The notes beneath the pieces are model-generated. The model saw only the letters and a list, made by a program, of their open reading frames with translations, ran no database searches and had not been told where the DNA came from. Source: Squalus acanthias (taxonomy: Eukaryota). From it: a stretch of DNA of 64,000 nucleotides. The stretch spans positions 18,726,001-18,790,000 of the forward strand of contig CM059433.1 in the NCBI GenBank assembly GCA_030390025.1, written 5' to 3'. Positions 51,581 to 63,475 of this stretch are shown here, piece by piece. How positions within the stretch are numbered: the stretch's first letter is position 1; the number at the start of each line of letters is the position of its first letter. Position numbers and translations under genes: made by a program.

Positions 51581-51934
51581 CAGGAAACTCTTTATTAACC
51601 AGCACCGACGGGATCGGCGTGGTGCCGGTTGATCAAAAAGTTCGGATTACAGAGAGGTATACTTACCAAGGTACAAGAGCCCCATACACGGCCACAGGTG
51701 CAGGAGCCCCGGCTACACGGCACTTGTGCAGGAGTCCCGGTTACACGACCACAGGTGCAGGAGCCCCGGCTACACGGCACTTGTGCAGGAGTCCCGGTTA
51801 CATGGCCACAGATCCAGGAACCCCGGTTACACAGCCACTAATATATAGTAAAACTTACCTGAACCTACTCCTGAATTTTGCCGGTTAAGATAGATTTCCG
51901 GATATTTAGGTGTCGGTTAAAAGAGAGTTTCCTG
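51581..51934. mobile_element. Tc1/mariner (pogo/Tigger-like) MITE with internal tandem repeats
   Basis: TIRs caggaaactct / agagtttcctg; TA TSD; interrupts the CR1 RT. Confidence 0.82.
51675..51835. repeat. Tandem repeat, ~28-29-bp units arranged as a 57-bp dimer
   Basis: Unit cacaggtgcaggagccccggctacacggcacttgtgcaggagtcccggttaca repeated. Confidence 0.85.
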
Positions 51935-54900
51935 TACTTCCAAGTTTGTGTCATCTGCAAATTTTGAAATTTTGCCCTGTACACCCACGTCCAAGTCATT
52001 AATATATATCAAGAAAAGCAGTAGTCCTAGAACTGACCCCTGGGGAACACCACTGTATACCTTCCTCCAGTCCGACAAACAACCGTTCACCACTACTCTC
52101 TGTTTCCTATCACTTAGCCAATTCCGTATCCATGCTGCCACTGTCCCTTTTATTCTATGGGCTTCAGCTTTGCTGGCAAGCCTATTATGTGCCATTTTGT
52201 CAAACACCTTTTGGAAATCCATGTACACTACGTCAACTGCATTACCTTCATCAACCCTCTTTGTTACCTCATCAAAGAACTCAATCAAGTTAGTTAAACA
52301 CGATTTGCCTTTAGTGAATCCGTGCTGGCTTTCCTTAATTAATCCACACTTGTCCAAGTGACTGTTAATTTTGTCTCTGATTACTGTTTCTAAAAGCTTC
52401 CCCACTACCGAGGTCAAACTGACTGGCCTGTAGTTGCTGGGTTTATCTTTACACCCTTTTTTGAACAATGGTGTAACATTTGCAATTCTCCAATCCTCTG
52501 GCACCACCCCCTTATCTAAGGAAGATTGGAATATTATGGCCAGTACCTCCGCGATTTCCTCCCTCAATTCACTCAGTATCATAGAATGCATCCCATCCAC
52601 TCCTGGTGATTTATCTACTTTAAGTACAGCCAGCCTTTCCAAAACCTCCTCTTTATCAATTTTTATCCTATCAAGTATCTCCACTACCTCCTCCTTTACT
52701 ATGTCTATGGCAGCATCCTCTTCCTTGGTGAAGACAGATGCAAAGTACTCATTTAGTACCTCAGCCATACCCTCTGCCTCCATGCATAGGTCTCCTTTTG
52801 GGTCCCTAATTGGCCCCACCCCTCCTCTTACTACTCTTTTACTATTTATATGCCTACAGAAGGCTTTTGGATTGCCTTTTATGTTGGCTGCCATTCTATT
52901 CTCATACCCTCTCTTTGCCCCTCTTATTTTCTTTTTCACTTCTCCTCTGACCTTTCTATATATATAGCCTGATTCTCAGATGTATTTGCAACCTGACATC
53001 TGTCAGACATGCTCCTTTTCTGCTTCATCGTATTCTCTATCTCTTTCATCATCCAGAAAGCCCTGACTTTAGTTGCCCTGCCTTTCCCCTTAGTGGGAAT
53101 GTACCTCAATTGTACCTGAACTATATCCTCTTTAAAGGCAGCCCATTGTTCCATTACAGTTTTGCCTGCCAATCTTTGATTCAAGTTTACCCGGGCCAAA
53201 TCCATTCTCATCCCACTGAAATTGGCTTTCCCCCAGTTAAACATTTTTACTCTAGATTGCTCCCTGTCCTTTTCCATAGCTAATCTAAACCTATGCTCAC
53301 TGTTCCCTAAATGTTCACCTACTGACACTTGCTTCCCATGATCTACCTCATTCCCCAAAACCAGATCCAGCAATGCCTCCTCCCTCGTCGGGCCAGAAAC
53401 ATACTGATCAAGAAAGTTCTCCTGAACACACTTCAGAAATTCTTCCCCTTCTCTGCCCTTAACACTATTATAATCCCAGTCTATATTAGGATAGTTGAAG
53501 TCCCCCATTATTACTACTCTATAGTTCTTGCACCTCTCTGTAATTTCTCTGCAAATTTGCTCCTCCCTATCTTTCCCACTATTTGGTGGTCTATAGAATA
53601 CACCTAGTAGTGTAATGTCACCTCTATTATTTCTTAACTCTAGCCATATAGATTCTGTCCTTGACCTCTTCAGGACATCCTCCCTCTCCAGCACTGTAGC
53701 ATTCTCCTTGACCAATACTGCCACACCACCTCCTATCTTTCATTCCCTATCTTTCCTGAACACTTTATAACCAGGGATAATTAATACCCAATTCTGCCCT
53801 TTTTTGAGCCAGGTCTCAGTTATTGCCACAACATCATATTCCCATGTGGCTATTTGTGCCTGCAGCTCACTTACCTTGTTTACTACGCTTCGTGCTTTCA
53901 CATACATACACTGTAAACCCATCTTAGACCATCCTGTATTTTCTCTGTTTGACCCCACCTAATACCTTACTATTTCTTACTTTCGTGCTCTCTGCCTCTC
54001 CCAATCCTTTAAGCACTTTATTTCTCCTTTCTAATGTTACAGCCTGGTGCCCATCCCCCTGCTAAATTAATTTAAACCATCCCCAACAGCACTAGCAAAC
54101 CTCCCCACAAGGATATTGGTTCCGCCCCTGTTGAGGTGCAACCCGTCCAGCCTGTACAGGTCCCACCTCCCCAGAACCGGTCCCAATGTCCCAGGAATCT
54201 GAAGCCCTCCCTCCTGCACCATCTCTCCAACCACGCATTCATCTGCGCTATCCTCCTATTTCTATACTCACTAGCATGTGGCACTGAGAGTAATACGGAG
54301 ATTACTACCTTTGAGGTCCTGCTTTTTAATCTCTTTCCTAGCTCCCTGAAATCTGCCTGCAGGACCTCATCCCTCTTTCTACCTATGTCGTTGGTACTGA
54401 TATGGACCACGACCTCTGGCTGTTCACCCTCCAGCCTCAGAATGTTCTGCAGCGGCTCGGTGACATCCTTGACCCTGGCACCAGGGAGGCAACATACCAT
54501 CCTGGAGTCACTTCTACGGCCGCAGAAACGTCTGTCTGCTCCCCTAACTATCGAATCCCCTACCACTATTGTTTTCCCACTTTTCTTCCTCCCCCCCTGT
54601 ACAGCTGAGCCACCCGTGGTGCCGCAGACTTGGCTCTGGCTATACTCCTCAGAGGAACCATCGCCCTCACCATTACTCAGAACCAAATACTGGTTGGAGA
54701 GCACGATGCACTCAGGGGACTCCTGCACTACCTGCCCGGTCCTTCTCTTCTGTCTGGTGGTCACCCATTCCCTTTCTGCCTGCACACTCTTTATCTGCGG
54801 GGTGACCACCTCCTGAAATGTGCTGTCCACGACATCATTCAGGTAAGTTTGAATTTAAGGATTTGGACTGAGGTTTTTGATTTTATTGAAGTGGTGGCTT

Positions 54901-55092
54901 GCTGCAATAGATGTGAAAAGTTTTTTTAAGTGTGTAGGGAATGCTGCTGGACGCTTGCAAGGGCTCAGATGGTAAATGAAGGCCTTTGAGAAGACAGAAC
55001 ATGCTGCGAATACTCAGCAGGTCACGCAACATCCGTGGAGAGAAAAACAGAGTTCACATCTCAGGTCGACATGCTGCCTGACCAACTGAGTA

Positions 55093-58000
55093 CATAAGAA
55101 CATAAGAACATAAGAAATAGGAGCAGGAGTAGGCCAATCGGCCCCTCGAGCCTGCTCCGCCATTCAATAAGATCATGGCTGATCTGATCCTAACCGCCAA
55201 TCTACTATCTATCACAGAACCATCTCCTGCATCTAACAGAATTGCACACACGAAATAGGAGCAGAATCAGGCTACACAGTCCCTGGGCCCGCTCCACTAC
55301 CCACAGGGCCATGACCGATCCGAACCTAGACTCATGTCCAAATTCCTGCCCGCTCCCCGTAACCCTTAATGCCCTTTACTTCTAGGAAACTGTCTATTTC
55401 TGTTTTAAATTTAATTAATGTTGTAGCTTCTACAGCTTTTTGTGGCAGCATATTCCATGGACCTACCACCCTCTGAGTGAAGTAGTTCCTCCTCATCTCA
55501 GTTTTGAAAGAGCAGCCCCTTATTCTAAGACTATGTCCCCTAGTTCTCGTCTCACCCGTCATCGGGAACATCCTCCCCGCATCCACCCGATCCAACCCCT
55601 TCACAATCTTATATGTTTCAATAAGATCGCCTCTCATTCTTCTGAACTCCAATGAGTAGAGTCCCAATCTACCCAACCTCTCCTCATATGACCACCCCCT
55701 CATCCCCGGGATTAACCGAGTGAACCTTTTTTGCACTGCCTCGAGAGCAAGGATGTCTTTCCTTAAGTAAGGACACCAAAACTGTATGCAGTATTCCAGG
55801 TGCGGTCTCACCAATACCTTGTACAACTGAAGCAATACCTCCCTATTTTTATATTCTATCCCCCTAGCAATGAAAGCCAACATTCCATTTGCCTTCTTAA
55901 TCACTTGCTGCACCTGCATACTAACCTTTTGAGTTTCGTGCACCAGGACCCCCAGATCCCTTTGCACTTCAGTACTCTCCAGTTTCTTGCCATTAAGATA
56001 ATAAATTGCTCTAGGATTTTTCCTGCCAAAGTGCATCACCTCACACTTTCCAGTGTTGTATTCCATCTGCCAAATCTCTGCCCACTTACTTAGCCTGTCT
56101 ATGTCCCCTTGCAGGTTTTTTATGTCCTCCTCACTCACTACTTTCCCTCCCATCTTTGTATCATCTGCAAATTTTGATATGTTACACTTGGTCCCTTCCT
56201 CCAAATCGTTAATATAGATTGTGAAGAGTTGGGGACCCAGCACTGACCCCTGTGGAACACCACTAGTTACTGATTGCCAGTCTGAGAATGAACCATTTAT
56301 CCCAACTCTTTGCTTTCTGTTAGATAGCCAATCCTCTATCCATGCCAGAATATTACCCCCAATCCCGTGATTTTTTACCTTAAGCAATAATCTTTTGTGT
56401 GGCACCTTGTCAAATGCCTTTTGGAAGTCTAAATACACTACGTCCACTGGTTCCCCTTTATCCACTCTATATGTTACTTCCTCAAAGAACTCCAGCAAAT
56501 TTGTCAAACATGACTTCCCCTTCGTAAAACCATGCTGACTTTGTCCTATTAAATTATGATTATCCAAATGTCCTGTTACTGTTTCCTTAATAATGGACTC
56601 CAAAATTTTACCTACCACAGATGTTAGGCTAACCGGTCTATAGTTACCAGCCTTCTGTCTACTGCCCTTTTTAAATAAGGGTGTTACATTAGCAGTTTTC
56701 CAGTCTGCCGGGACCTTAGCGGAATCCAGGGAGTTTTGAAAAATTATTACCAATGCATCTACAATCCCTACCGCCACTTCCTTCAAGACTCTAGGATGTA
56801 AGCCATCAGGTCCAGGTGATTTATCCGCCTTGAGTCCCATTATTTTACCGAGTACCACTTCCTTAGTGATTTTGATCGTGTTTAGCTCCTCTCCCCCTAT
56901 AGCCCCCTGTTTGTCCAGTGTTGGGATATTCTTAGTGTCCTCTACTGTAAAGACTGATACAAAATATTCATTCAGTGTTTTTGCCATCTCCATATTTCCC
57001 ACCATTAATTTCCCGGTCTCATCCTCTAAGGGACCAACATTTACTTTAGCCACCCTTTTTCTTTTTATATAACTATAAAAACTCTTACTATCTGTTTTTA
57101 TATTTTTTGCTAATTTACTTTCATAATCTATCTTCCCTTTCTTAATCAATCTTTTTGTTATTTTTTGCTGCCTTTTAAAGTTTTCCCAATCCTCTGTCCT
57201 CCCACTAGATTTCGCTACCTTATATGCCCTTGTTTTTAGTTGAATACTATCCTTAATTTCTTTACTTAGCCACGGATGACTGTCCTTTCTTTTACACCCT
57301 TTTCTTTTCAGTGGAATATATATTTTTTGGAAGTTGTAAAATAACTCCTTGAATGTACACCACTGATCATGTGTCGTCTTACCCTTTAATCTATTTTCCC
57401 AATCCACTCTACTCAATTCCGCTCGCATACCTTCATAGTCTCCTTTATTCAAGCTTAGCACGCTTGTTTGAGATCCAACCTTCTCACCCTCTAATTGAAT
57501 ATGGAATTCAACCATGTTGTGGTCACTCATTCCAAGGGGATCCTTTACTAGGACATTTTTAATTAATCCTGTCTCGTTACACAGGACCAGATCTAAGGTT
57601 GCTTGCCCCCTGGTCGGTTCAGTTACATACTGCTCAAGAAACCCATCCCTAATACACTCAATGAACTCATCCTCAAGGCAGCCCTGCCCCATTTGATTTG
57701 TCCAATTAATATGATAGTTAAAATCCCCCATAATTATAGATGTTCCCTTATTACATGCCTCAACTATTTCCTGATTGATACTCCGTCCAATAGAGTTGCA
57801 ACTGTTCGGAGGCCTATAGACTACGCCCACTAATGTTTTTTTCCCCTTATTATTCCTTATCTCCACCCAAACTGTTTCATTATCATGATTTTTTGACCCA
57901 ATATCATTACTCTGTATTACAGTGATTCCTTCCTTTATTAACATAGCCACCCCACCTCCCCTTCCTTCCTGCCTGTCCTTCCTGATCATTAAATAACCTG

Positions 58001-58320
58001 GTATGTTTAATTCCCAGGCATTGTCACCCTGCAGCCATGTTTCTGTAATGGCCACAATATCATAACCATATGTAGTTATTTGTGCCATTAACTCGTCTAT
58101 TTTGTTACGAATGCTACGTGCATTCAGATAGAGAACTTTCAAATATGCTTTGTGGCACTTAGTTCCTGCTTTTTCACTTTTTACCAGTTTACCTTTTACT
58201 CCACACACTCTGTCCCTTCCTGCCACGCTCTGATTTGTGATTCCCCTACTGCTACCTATGTCTATGACCCTCTCTGTTGTCATTTTTATTTTTTGCTCTC
58301 TTGAAACCTCCCCCCCACTG
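55093..58320 (-). mobile_element. Young CR1 LINE, truncated just upstream of ORF2
   Basis: TSD gagta (55088-55092, 58321-58325) inside a PLE remnant; (ttcttatg)n tail. Confidence 0.93.
55332..58283 (-). CDS. Intact CR1 ORF2: APE endonuclease plus reverse transcriptase (983 aa)
   Basis: Uninterrupted ORF with [51 protein letters not shown] and FADD. Confidence 0.95.
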   Translation of the reverse strand: MTTERVIDIGSSRGITNQSVAGRDRVCGVKGKLVKSEKAGTKCHKAYLKVLYLNARSIRNKIDELMAQITTYGYDIVAITETWLQGDNAWELNIPGYLMIRKDRQEGRGGGVAMLIKEGITVIQSNDIGSKNHDNETVWVEIRNNKGKKTLVGVVYRPPNSCNSIGRSINQEIVEACNKGTSIIMGDFNYHINWTNQMGQGCLEDEFIECIRDGFLEQYVTEPTRGQATLDLVLCNETGLIKNVLVKDPLGMSDHNMVEFHIQLEGEKVGSQTSVLSLNKGDYEGMRAELSRVDWENRLKGKTTHDQWCTFKELFYNFQKIYIPLKRKGCKRKDSHPWLSKEIKDSIQLKTRAYKVAKSSGRTEDWENFKRQQKITKRLIKKGKIDYESKLAKNIKTDSKSFYSYIKRKRVAKVNVGPLEDETGKLMVGNMEMAKTLNEYFVSVFTVEDTKNIPTLDKQGAIGGEELNTIKITKEVVLGKIMGLKADKSPGPDGLHPRVLKEVAVGIVDALVIIFQNSLDSAKVPADWKTANVTPLFKKGSRQKAGNYRPVSLTSVVGKILESIIKETVTGHLDNHNLIGQSQHGFTKGKSCLTNLLEFFEEVTYRVDKGEPVDVVYLDFQKAFDKVPHKRLLLKVKNHGIGGNILAWIEDWLSNRKQRVGINGSFSDWQSVTSGVPQGSVLGPQLFTIYINDLEEGTKCNISKFADDTKMGGKVVSEEDIKNLQGDIDRLSKWAEIWQMEYNTGKCEVMHFGRKNPRAIYYLNGKKLESTEVQRDLGVLVHETQKVSMQVQQVIKKANGMLAFIARGIEYKNREVLLQLYKVLVRPHLEYCIQFWCPYLRKDILALEAVQKRFTRLIPGMRGWSYEERLGRLGLYSLEFRRMRGDLIETYKIVKGLDRVDAGRMFPMTGETRTRGHSLRIRGCSFKTEMRRNYFTQRVVGPWNMLPQKAVEATTLIKFKTEIDSFLEVKGIKGYGERAGIWT

Positions 58321-58649
58321 GAGTATTTCCAGTATTTTATGCAGTCATTTCACATTTACAGCAATCCGCTTGCAGCGTGAAGAGGAAGATGCAGAAAAGG
58401 TGGAAGCCGAAGTGGAGGAATCAGACAGAAGGATGCATCCCAGACAGGCCCTTTGTGGATGGGAAATCCGGGATGGAATCATCCACCTGTGGTCCCACTG
58501 GCTGGGCAGGCTGCCTCTTCTTATTGACCCACTGGCTGGGTAGGCTGCATTTCTTGAGTGTGTGAAATGAGGAAGGCACAAGGGTGGACTTGTGCTAAAG
58601 GGAGGGTGGGAAAGCAAGAGGTGTATGCCAGAAGGAGGATAACATATAA

Positions 58650-59100
58650 GGATACCAGCATCTTGTATCCTTTCAGCCAAGGGCTCAACCATGCCCCTGC
58701 CAAGAATGGCCTGCACCGTCTCCTCCAAGGAGGTGAGGTGAGGCTAGGAATGGGAAATGTGCCTCGTGACTGGTGCAGATTGTTGGCAGGTGAGTGATTG
58801 GGGGTCGTGCATTGAGCAGTGTGTGAGGCTCATGGTGCAGTTGGTAGGAGATGGCTTTTGAAGATGCATTCACTGACCTTGACCAGTGGTCTGAGGTCAT
58901 GAAGCTTCTTTGGGCACTGGAGCCAGGTGGTGGGGGCGACACTGCTGGCAGTGACGGCCTTAGTGATGTACTCCCATATCGTTCCTTCTGGAGGGCCTCC
59001 TGGCCCCTGTGGGTAGAGGGCCGCTCTTGCAGTGTTGACCCCCTGCACAAAGCTGGAGTGCTGCGTGCGAGACCCTCGGTGCCCCTTCCCTGGCTTGCTG
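58650..59100 (-). pseudogene. Harbinger Myb/SANT-like protein remnant with probable intron
   Basis: GVNTARAALYP..IWEYITKAVTASSVAPTTWLQCPKKLHDL followed by AAG|gtcagt; downstream LEETVQAILG. Confidence 0.65.
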
Positions 59101-60246
59101 AGCCATGTGTGTTAGTGCTGAGGCAGTTTTCCCATTTGTTGAGGTTAGGAAGGTAATTCAGCTTTAACAGCTGAATATTCATATTTGGAACTTCTTTTAA
59201 ATGTTGAATTTTTTTAAAGGCAGAAGGGGCTGTAAAATGTATTGATTCGCTGCATTTTATTTTGTATTGCTTCAGTGTGCGTGGCCCCTTTAAATCTCAG
59301 ACCTCTTCATTGCCCACAATTCCCTGCGAGCTCCACAGGTTCGCTCACAGAGGCTGTGGGAAGCTGCAACGCCGGACCTGGACAGGAACTTCGTCCCGGA
59401 TCCCTCCAGCAACGCCACCAGGACGGTGATGCACAGAAGGTGAGTGCTGCGCCACCTATCTCCATGCCCCCCCAGACCAATTTGACTCGCTTAGCGTTGC
59501 GGCCATTTCCAAAGGTTGCATAACTGCAGTTGCCGGTGACTGCGACAACTTTGCTGGCAAACACGAATTTTCCCCCTGTTAATTTTTATCAGCATATAGT
59601 ATGGCAGAACTGACTCATTTATGTGGTGGAAAAGATTGGCAGTAAAGAAAGAAAGAAATAACTTACATTTATATGGCGCCTTTCATGACCTCAGGATGTC
59701 CCAAAGCGCTTTGCAACTAATGAAGTACTTTTGAGCTATGGTCATTGTTGTAATGTAGAAAACAATTACTTTGGCCATTTTATCCCCTGCTACCTTATAA
59801 CTGAGCATGTGTTCTGGTCCTCAAGTAGAAGGCTGTCTCTCATTGGCAGGTGCTGCTGCGTTAACGTCCAATCTCTGTTGAACGAATGTTGAGTATGTAT
59901 CACATATATACAATGTGGAAGGGTGCGTCTATGTCCTCTGTCAGCCATAGCAGATTAGTGCAAACTTTATAGTTTTCCAAAGCCAGCTCTACCCTCTAAA
60001 AAAAATGTTTATTCAGAGCAGGTAAATAGACTCATCAATTCAAGCTTAATTGGACTCAAACAAAGCTGCTGACCAAGTTTCAGGACACTAGAACCATAAG
60101 TATAAAAAAAACTGCATAGAGTGTAGGCAATATAAACTAAATGCTACAATTTTAAAGGGGGTGCAGGAACAGAGAGACCAGGGTTCACATACACAAATCT
60201 TTTAAGGCGGCAGGACAAGTTGATAAGGAATTTAAAAAAACATATG

Positions 60247-60904
60247 GGGGGGCAAAATTTGGTTGCTTTGTGCCTCCCGGGGCGCAAAGCAACTAGCTCC
60301 CAGGCAGGAGGTTAGCGGCGGTGGTGGACAGTAGCTCCCCGTGGCGCTGCGCCTCCGGCGCTGACGTCATCACCCTGCGCAGCGCCCCGGCCGCAAACTT
60401 GGGTCGCGCCCCCTGATGTACCGCCGGACGCTATGTCCGACAGGGTCAGGGGGGCGTTCTTGCGGCCGGGGCAGCAATAATTAAAGGGCAGGTGCCGGGC
60501 GACCATTTTTTTTGTGGGCCGCCTGCCAGCACCTGCCCCCCTCTGGCCTCCTCCTGCGGGGTGCTGGCTGCGATCCGTCAGCCCAGCACTCCTCTTGAGT
60601 GCCGGGCTCTTTTGCTGGCACCCCTCTCCCTGGTGGCCCAGCAGGGCCCCGGTGCGCGCTGTGCAAGGCACTTTAATCAGGGGAGGGAGGTCTGCAGTAC
60701 CGCAGCGCTACGTGCCAGCGCGCATGGCACTGCGATATTGAACTCGAGTGCCCCAAGAGGGAGGGGGAGCACTTCCAGTAGCGCCCCGCTTCCTGCTTGG
60801 GGTGCTACCATTCAACTTCGGCCACCGGGGCACTAACTTTTTCGGGGCGCTAAAAGTTGCAAAGTTATCACCCCAAAGAGGGCGCGAGCCCATTTTTGCC
60901 CCCC
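60247..60904. mobile_element. GC-rich PIF/Harbinger-type MITE
   Basis: TIRs ggggggcaaaa / ttttgcccccc; TSD atg/atg. Confidence 0.82.
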
Positions 60905-60936
60905 ATGGGATTCTTAGCTTTATAAATAGAGGCATA

Positions 60937-61254
60937 GGCCCCGATGTTCATGGGGAAGCATGTTCGGTGGGGAGGGGGGCCGGGGGGGAAGGGGGGTTGG
61001 GTAGAGTTATGGACGGGAAACCCGGATTCCCGAGGCTTGGGAAACCCAGCCGCATGTGGTCAAAAATAGAATTACTGTTAAAATGAAGGCACAACAGCCT
61101 CCTTGCCCGACCCACCTCCTGCGAGCAGATTGGCCGCCATTAAAAATGGACGTGGGCGGGTTCGAGGCGGGTTCGGTTCCTGTTGCAGACTTTTAACTTT
61201 TTAACCACCCACTTGAACCAAACCCACCCATTTTTGGGGGTTAAAATTACCCCC
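60937..61254. mobile_element. Harbinger-type MITE
   Basis: GG...CC ends, approximate 3-bp TSD, interrupts CR1 at ggcatagagtac. Confidence 0.6.
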
Positions 61255-61288
61255 GTAGAGTACACAAGCAAGGAAGTTACACTGTACA

Positions 61289-61475
61289 GGCCTAGAAATT
61301 AGTCTCGGGCGGTGGAGCAAAATGGACGGTTTTGGATCGGCTGCACATTATACACAGCGCCTGATATTCAGCTCCGCGGCAGTCAATGCAACTGAATATC
61401 AGGAGCTGCGTACAACGAGAGCCCGATCTGATACCGCCCGTCTTGTGCCATCTGCCCGAGACAAATTCCTAGCCC
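61289..61475. mobile_element. Short Harbinger-type MITE
   Basis: TIRs ggcctagaaatt / aattcctagccc; internally palindromic; related sequences near 27012-27108 and 28766-28907. Confidence 0.6.
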
Positions 61476-62369
61476 TAAAATCATTATAAATCATTGGTTA
61501 GGCCCCAGCTGGAGTATTGTGTTCCGTTCTGGGCAGCACACTTTAGGAAGTATGTCAAGGCCTTGGAGAGGGCGCAGAAGAGATTTACTGGAATGGTACC
61601 AGGGATGAGGGGTTTCAGTTGTGTGGAGAGACTGGAGAAGCTGGGGTTGTTCTCCTTAGAGCAGAGAAGGTTACTATGATTCTATGAATGGCTATCAGTT
61701 TAGATTTGTAACACAGTGAGCCAAAATTGAACAGATCAATGTAATAAGGCTGGCGCAGAAAATGGTTATTTTGAACTAGATTTAAAAGACATCAGCTCCG
61801 CTCTACTGGGTGGTAAATAATATAGTGCAATGCTTTGCCTGAAGCTTCCAATTCCCTTCCCTCAGAATCTGGTAAGAGTAATAGAAGAGAGCAGGCAGTC
61901 CTGGAATAGAAACCAAGCACTGTAGTGCTATCTGCTCCGGTTCATCCGCCTCCTTTAAGTCAAATGCCAGGGTAGCACTGAAAAGCAGTCCTCATCGGAG
62001 TCACCTTCTTCAACTCTGAAACAGCAGCAGTTCCCTTTGGAATCCCGCCACCTGACAACTTACCACAGTTGCTGCGCCTGTTTGATATGGTTGAAATTAG
62101 CGCATCGCATGCAAGGAGTGTGAAAGCTGGGATTTTGCGGGCTCCCGCTTGACAAGAAATAACGAGCTAACGCCAGGGTTAATACACAGTATAGGTGCTG
62201 GAGTGCACAGAAAGCAAGACGCCGCAACAGCAACTTTGGAACAGCTGGAAACGGGATGAGAATTGCCTGAAACGAGGAACTCCCCCAAATATTGGTCAGC
62301 AATGTTCAAGTGCCACTGGCATAAACCTTCACACTGACAGCAATTTCTAGTTATAACGTCCACATTTTA

Positions 62370-62915
62370 AAAAGAAAATTGTTTATGGGATGTGGGCGTC
62401 GCTGACAAAGCCAGCATTTATTGCCCATCCCTAATTGCCCTCGAGAAGGTGGTGGTGAGCCGCCGCCTTGAACCGCTGCAGTCCGTGTGGTGAAGGTACT
62501 CCCACAGTGCTGTTAGGGAGGGAGTTCCAGGATTTTGACCCAGCGACGATGAAGGAACGGCGATATACTTCTAAGTCGGAATGGTGTGTGACTTGGAGGG
62601 GAACTTGGAGGTGGTGGTGTTCCCATGTGCCTGCTGCCCCTGTCTTTCTAGGTGGTAGAGGTCGCGGGTTTAGGAGGTGCTGTTGAAGAAGCCTTGGCGA
62701 GTTGCTGCAGTGCATCTTGTAGATGGTACACACTGCAGCCACGGTGCGCCGGTGGTGGAAGGAGTGAATGTTTAAGGTGGTGGATGGGGTGCCAATCAAG
62801 CGGGCTGCTTTATCCTGGATGGTGTTGAGCTTCTTGAGTGTTGTTGGAGCTGCACTCATCCAGGCAAGTGGAGAGTATTCCATCACACTCCTGACTTGTG
62901 CCTTGTAGATGGTGG
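62370..62915 (-). mobile_element. CR1/L2-group LINE 3' fragment (family of 20855-22585)
   Basis: MEYSPLAWMSAAPTTLKKL..WNSLP..HHHLLEGN. Confidence 0.88.
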
Positions 62916-63475
62916 AAAGTATTTGTTAATACTTCCAACCTCATCTCTATTGGAGGTTTATGCAATCCTGTTACATGCCTGTTACAATGTGTTGTGAGTC
63001 CTTGTGTTAAATCTGTAAAAACACAATTATGACACAAACAATTTTTGTACAAGGTGGGGTAGATGGTCTCAGTGGAAGCACGTTTTTGTAAGATTTACAT
63101 TGTTGGGTACGTCCATATTTTGGCATTTCTCAACTTGTCTTCATGACTTACGTTACATGTGATGGAAAATCCTCAACACACACAACGGGATTTCATTTGG
63201 ATTGCTAGTGATGAGTAATAAAATCTGGATGCAATATTTGAACCGCTGAAAGTGTCTTCAGTCACAGTGTGCATTCCTTCCTGCTTTTGACAGACTATGC
63301 TAACAGTGTTTTGTATTAGGCAGGAAAAAGTGAATATCTGGAATAAATTAGATGAATGTTTGAACTCCATATCAGTATGTGGTATTAATCATGTGTATCC
63401 ACGCTCATGGACTGGAAAGATAGATAGAAATTCAAACAGAAAAAAAAATTGTTTATTCTATTCATTTAATTTCAG

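Larger units (their letters stand above)
50687..54831 (-). mobile_element. CR1 LINE, near full length (ORF1 SGNH-esterase part plus disrupted ORF2)
   Basis: ORF1 IVVGDSIVR..CLPGARV..TNDIG; ORF2 endonuclease and RT motifs; TSD acatcat (50680-50686, 54832-54838). Confidence 0.93.
50384..59577. mobile_element. Decayed PIF/Harbinger element hosting two CR1s, a PLE remnant and a Tc1/mariner-type MITE
   Basis: Degenerate TIRs ggtctggaaattc / gaattttccccct; TSD gtt/gtt (50381-50383, 59578-59580); Myb/SANT remnant at 58650-59100. Confidence 0.6.
60115..61685 (+). mobile_element. CR1 fragment interrupted by three MITEs
   Basis: CR1 RT pieces at 60115-60246, 60905-60936, 61255-61288 and 61485-61685 are colinear. 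Confidence 0.8.

Noticed and set aside
51675..51835. CRISPR-like array
   Set aside because: Units are contiguous with no unique spacers, there are no cas genes, and the array lies inside a eukaryotic MITE.
40157..57833. Numerous plus-strand Ser/Leu/Phe-rich ORFs
   Set aside because: They are antisense shadows of CR1 ORF1/ORF2.
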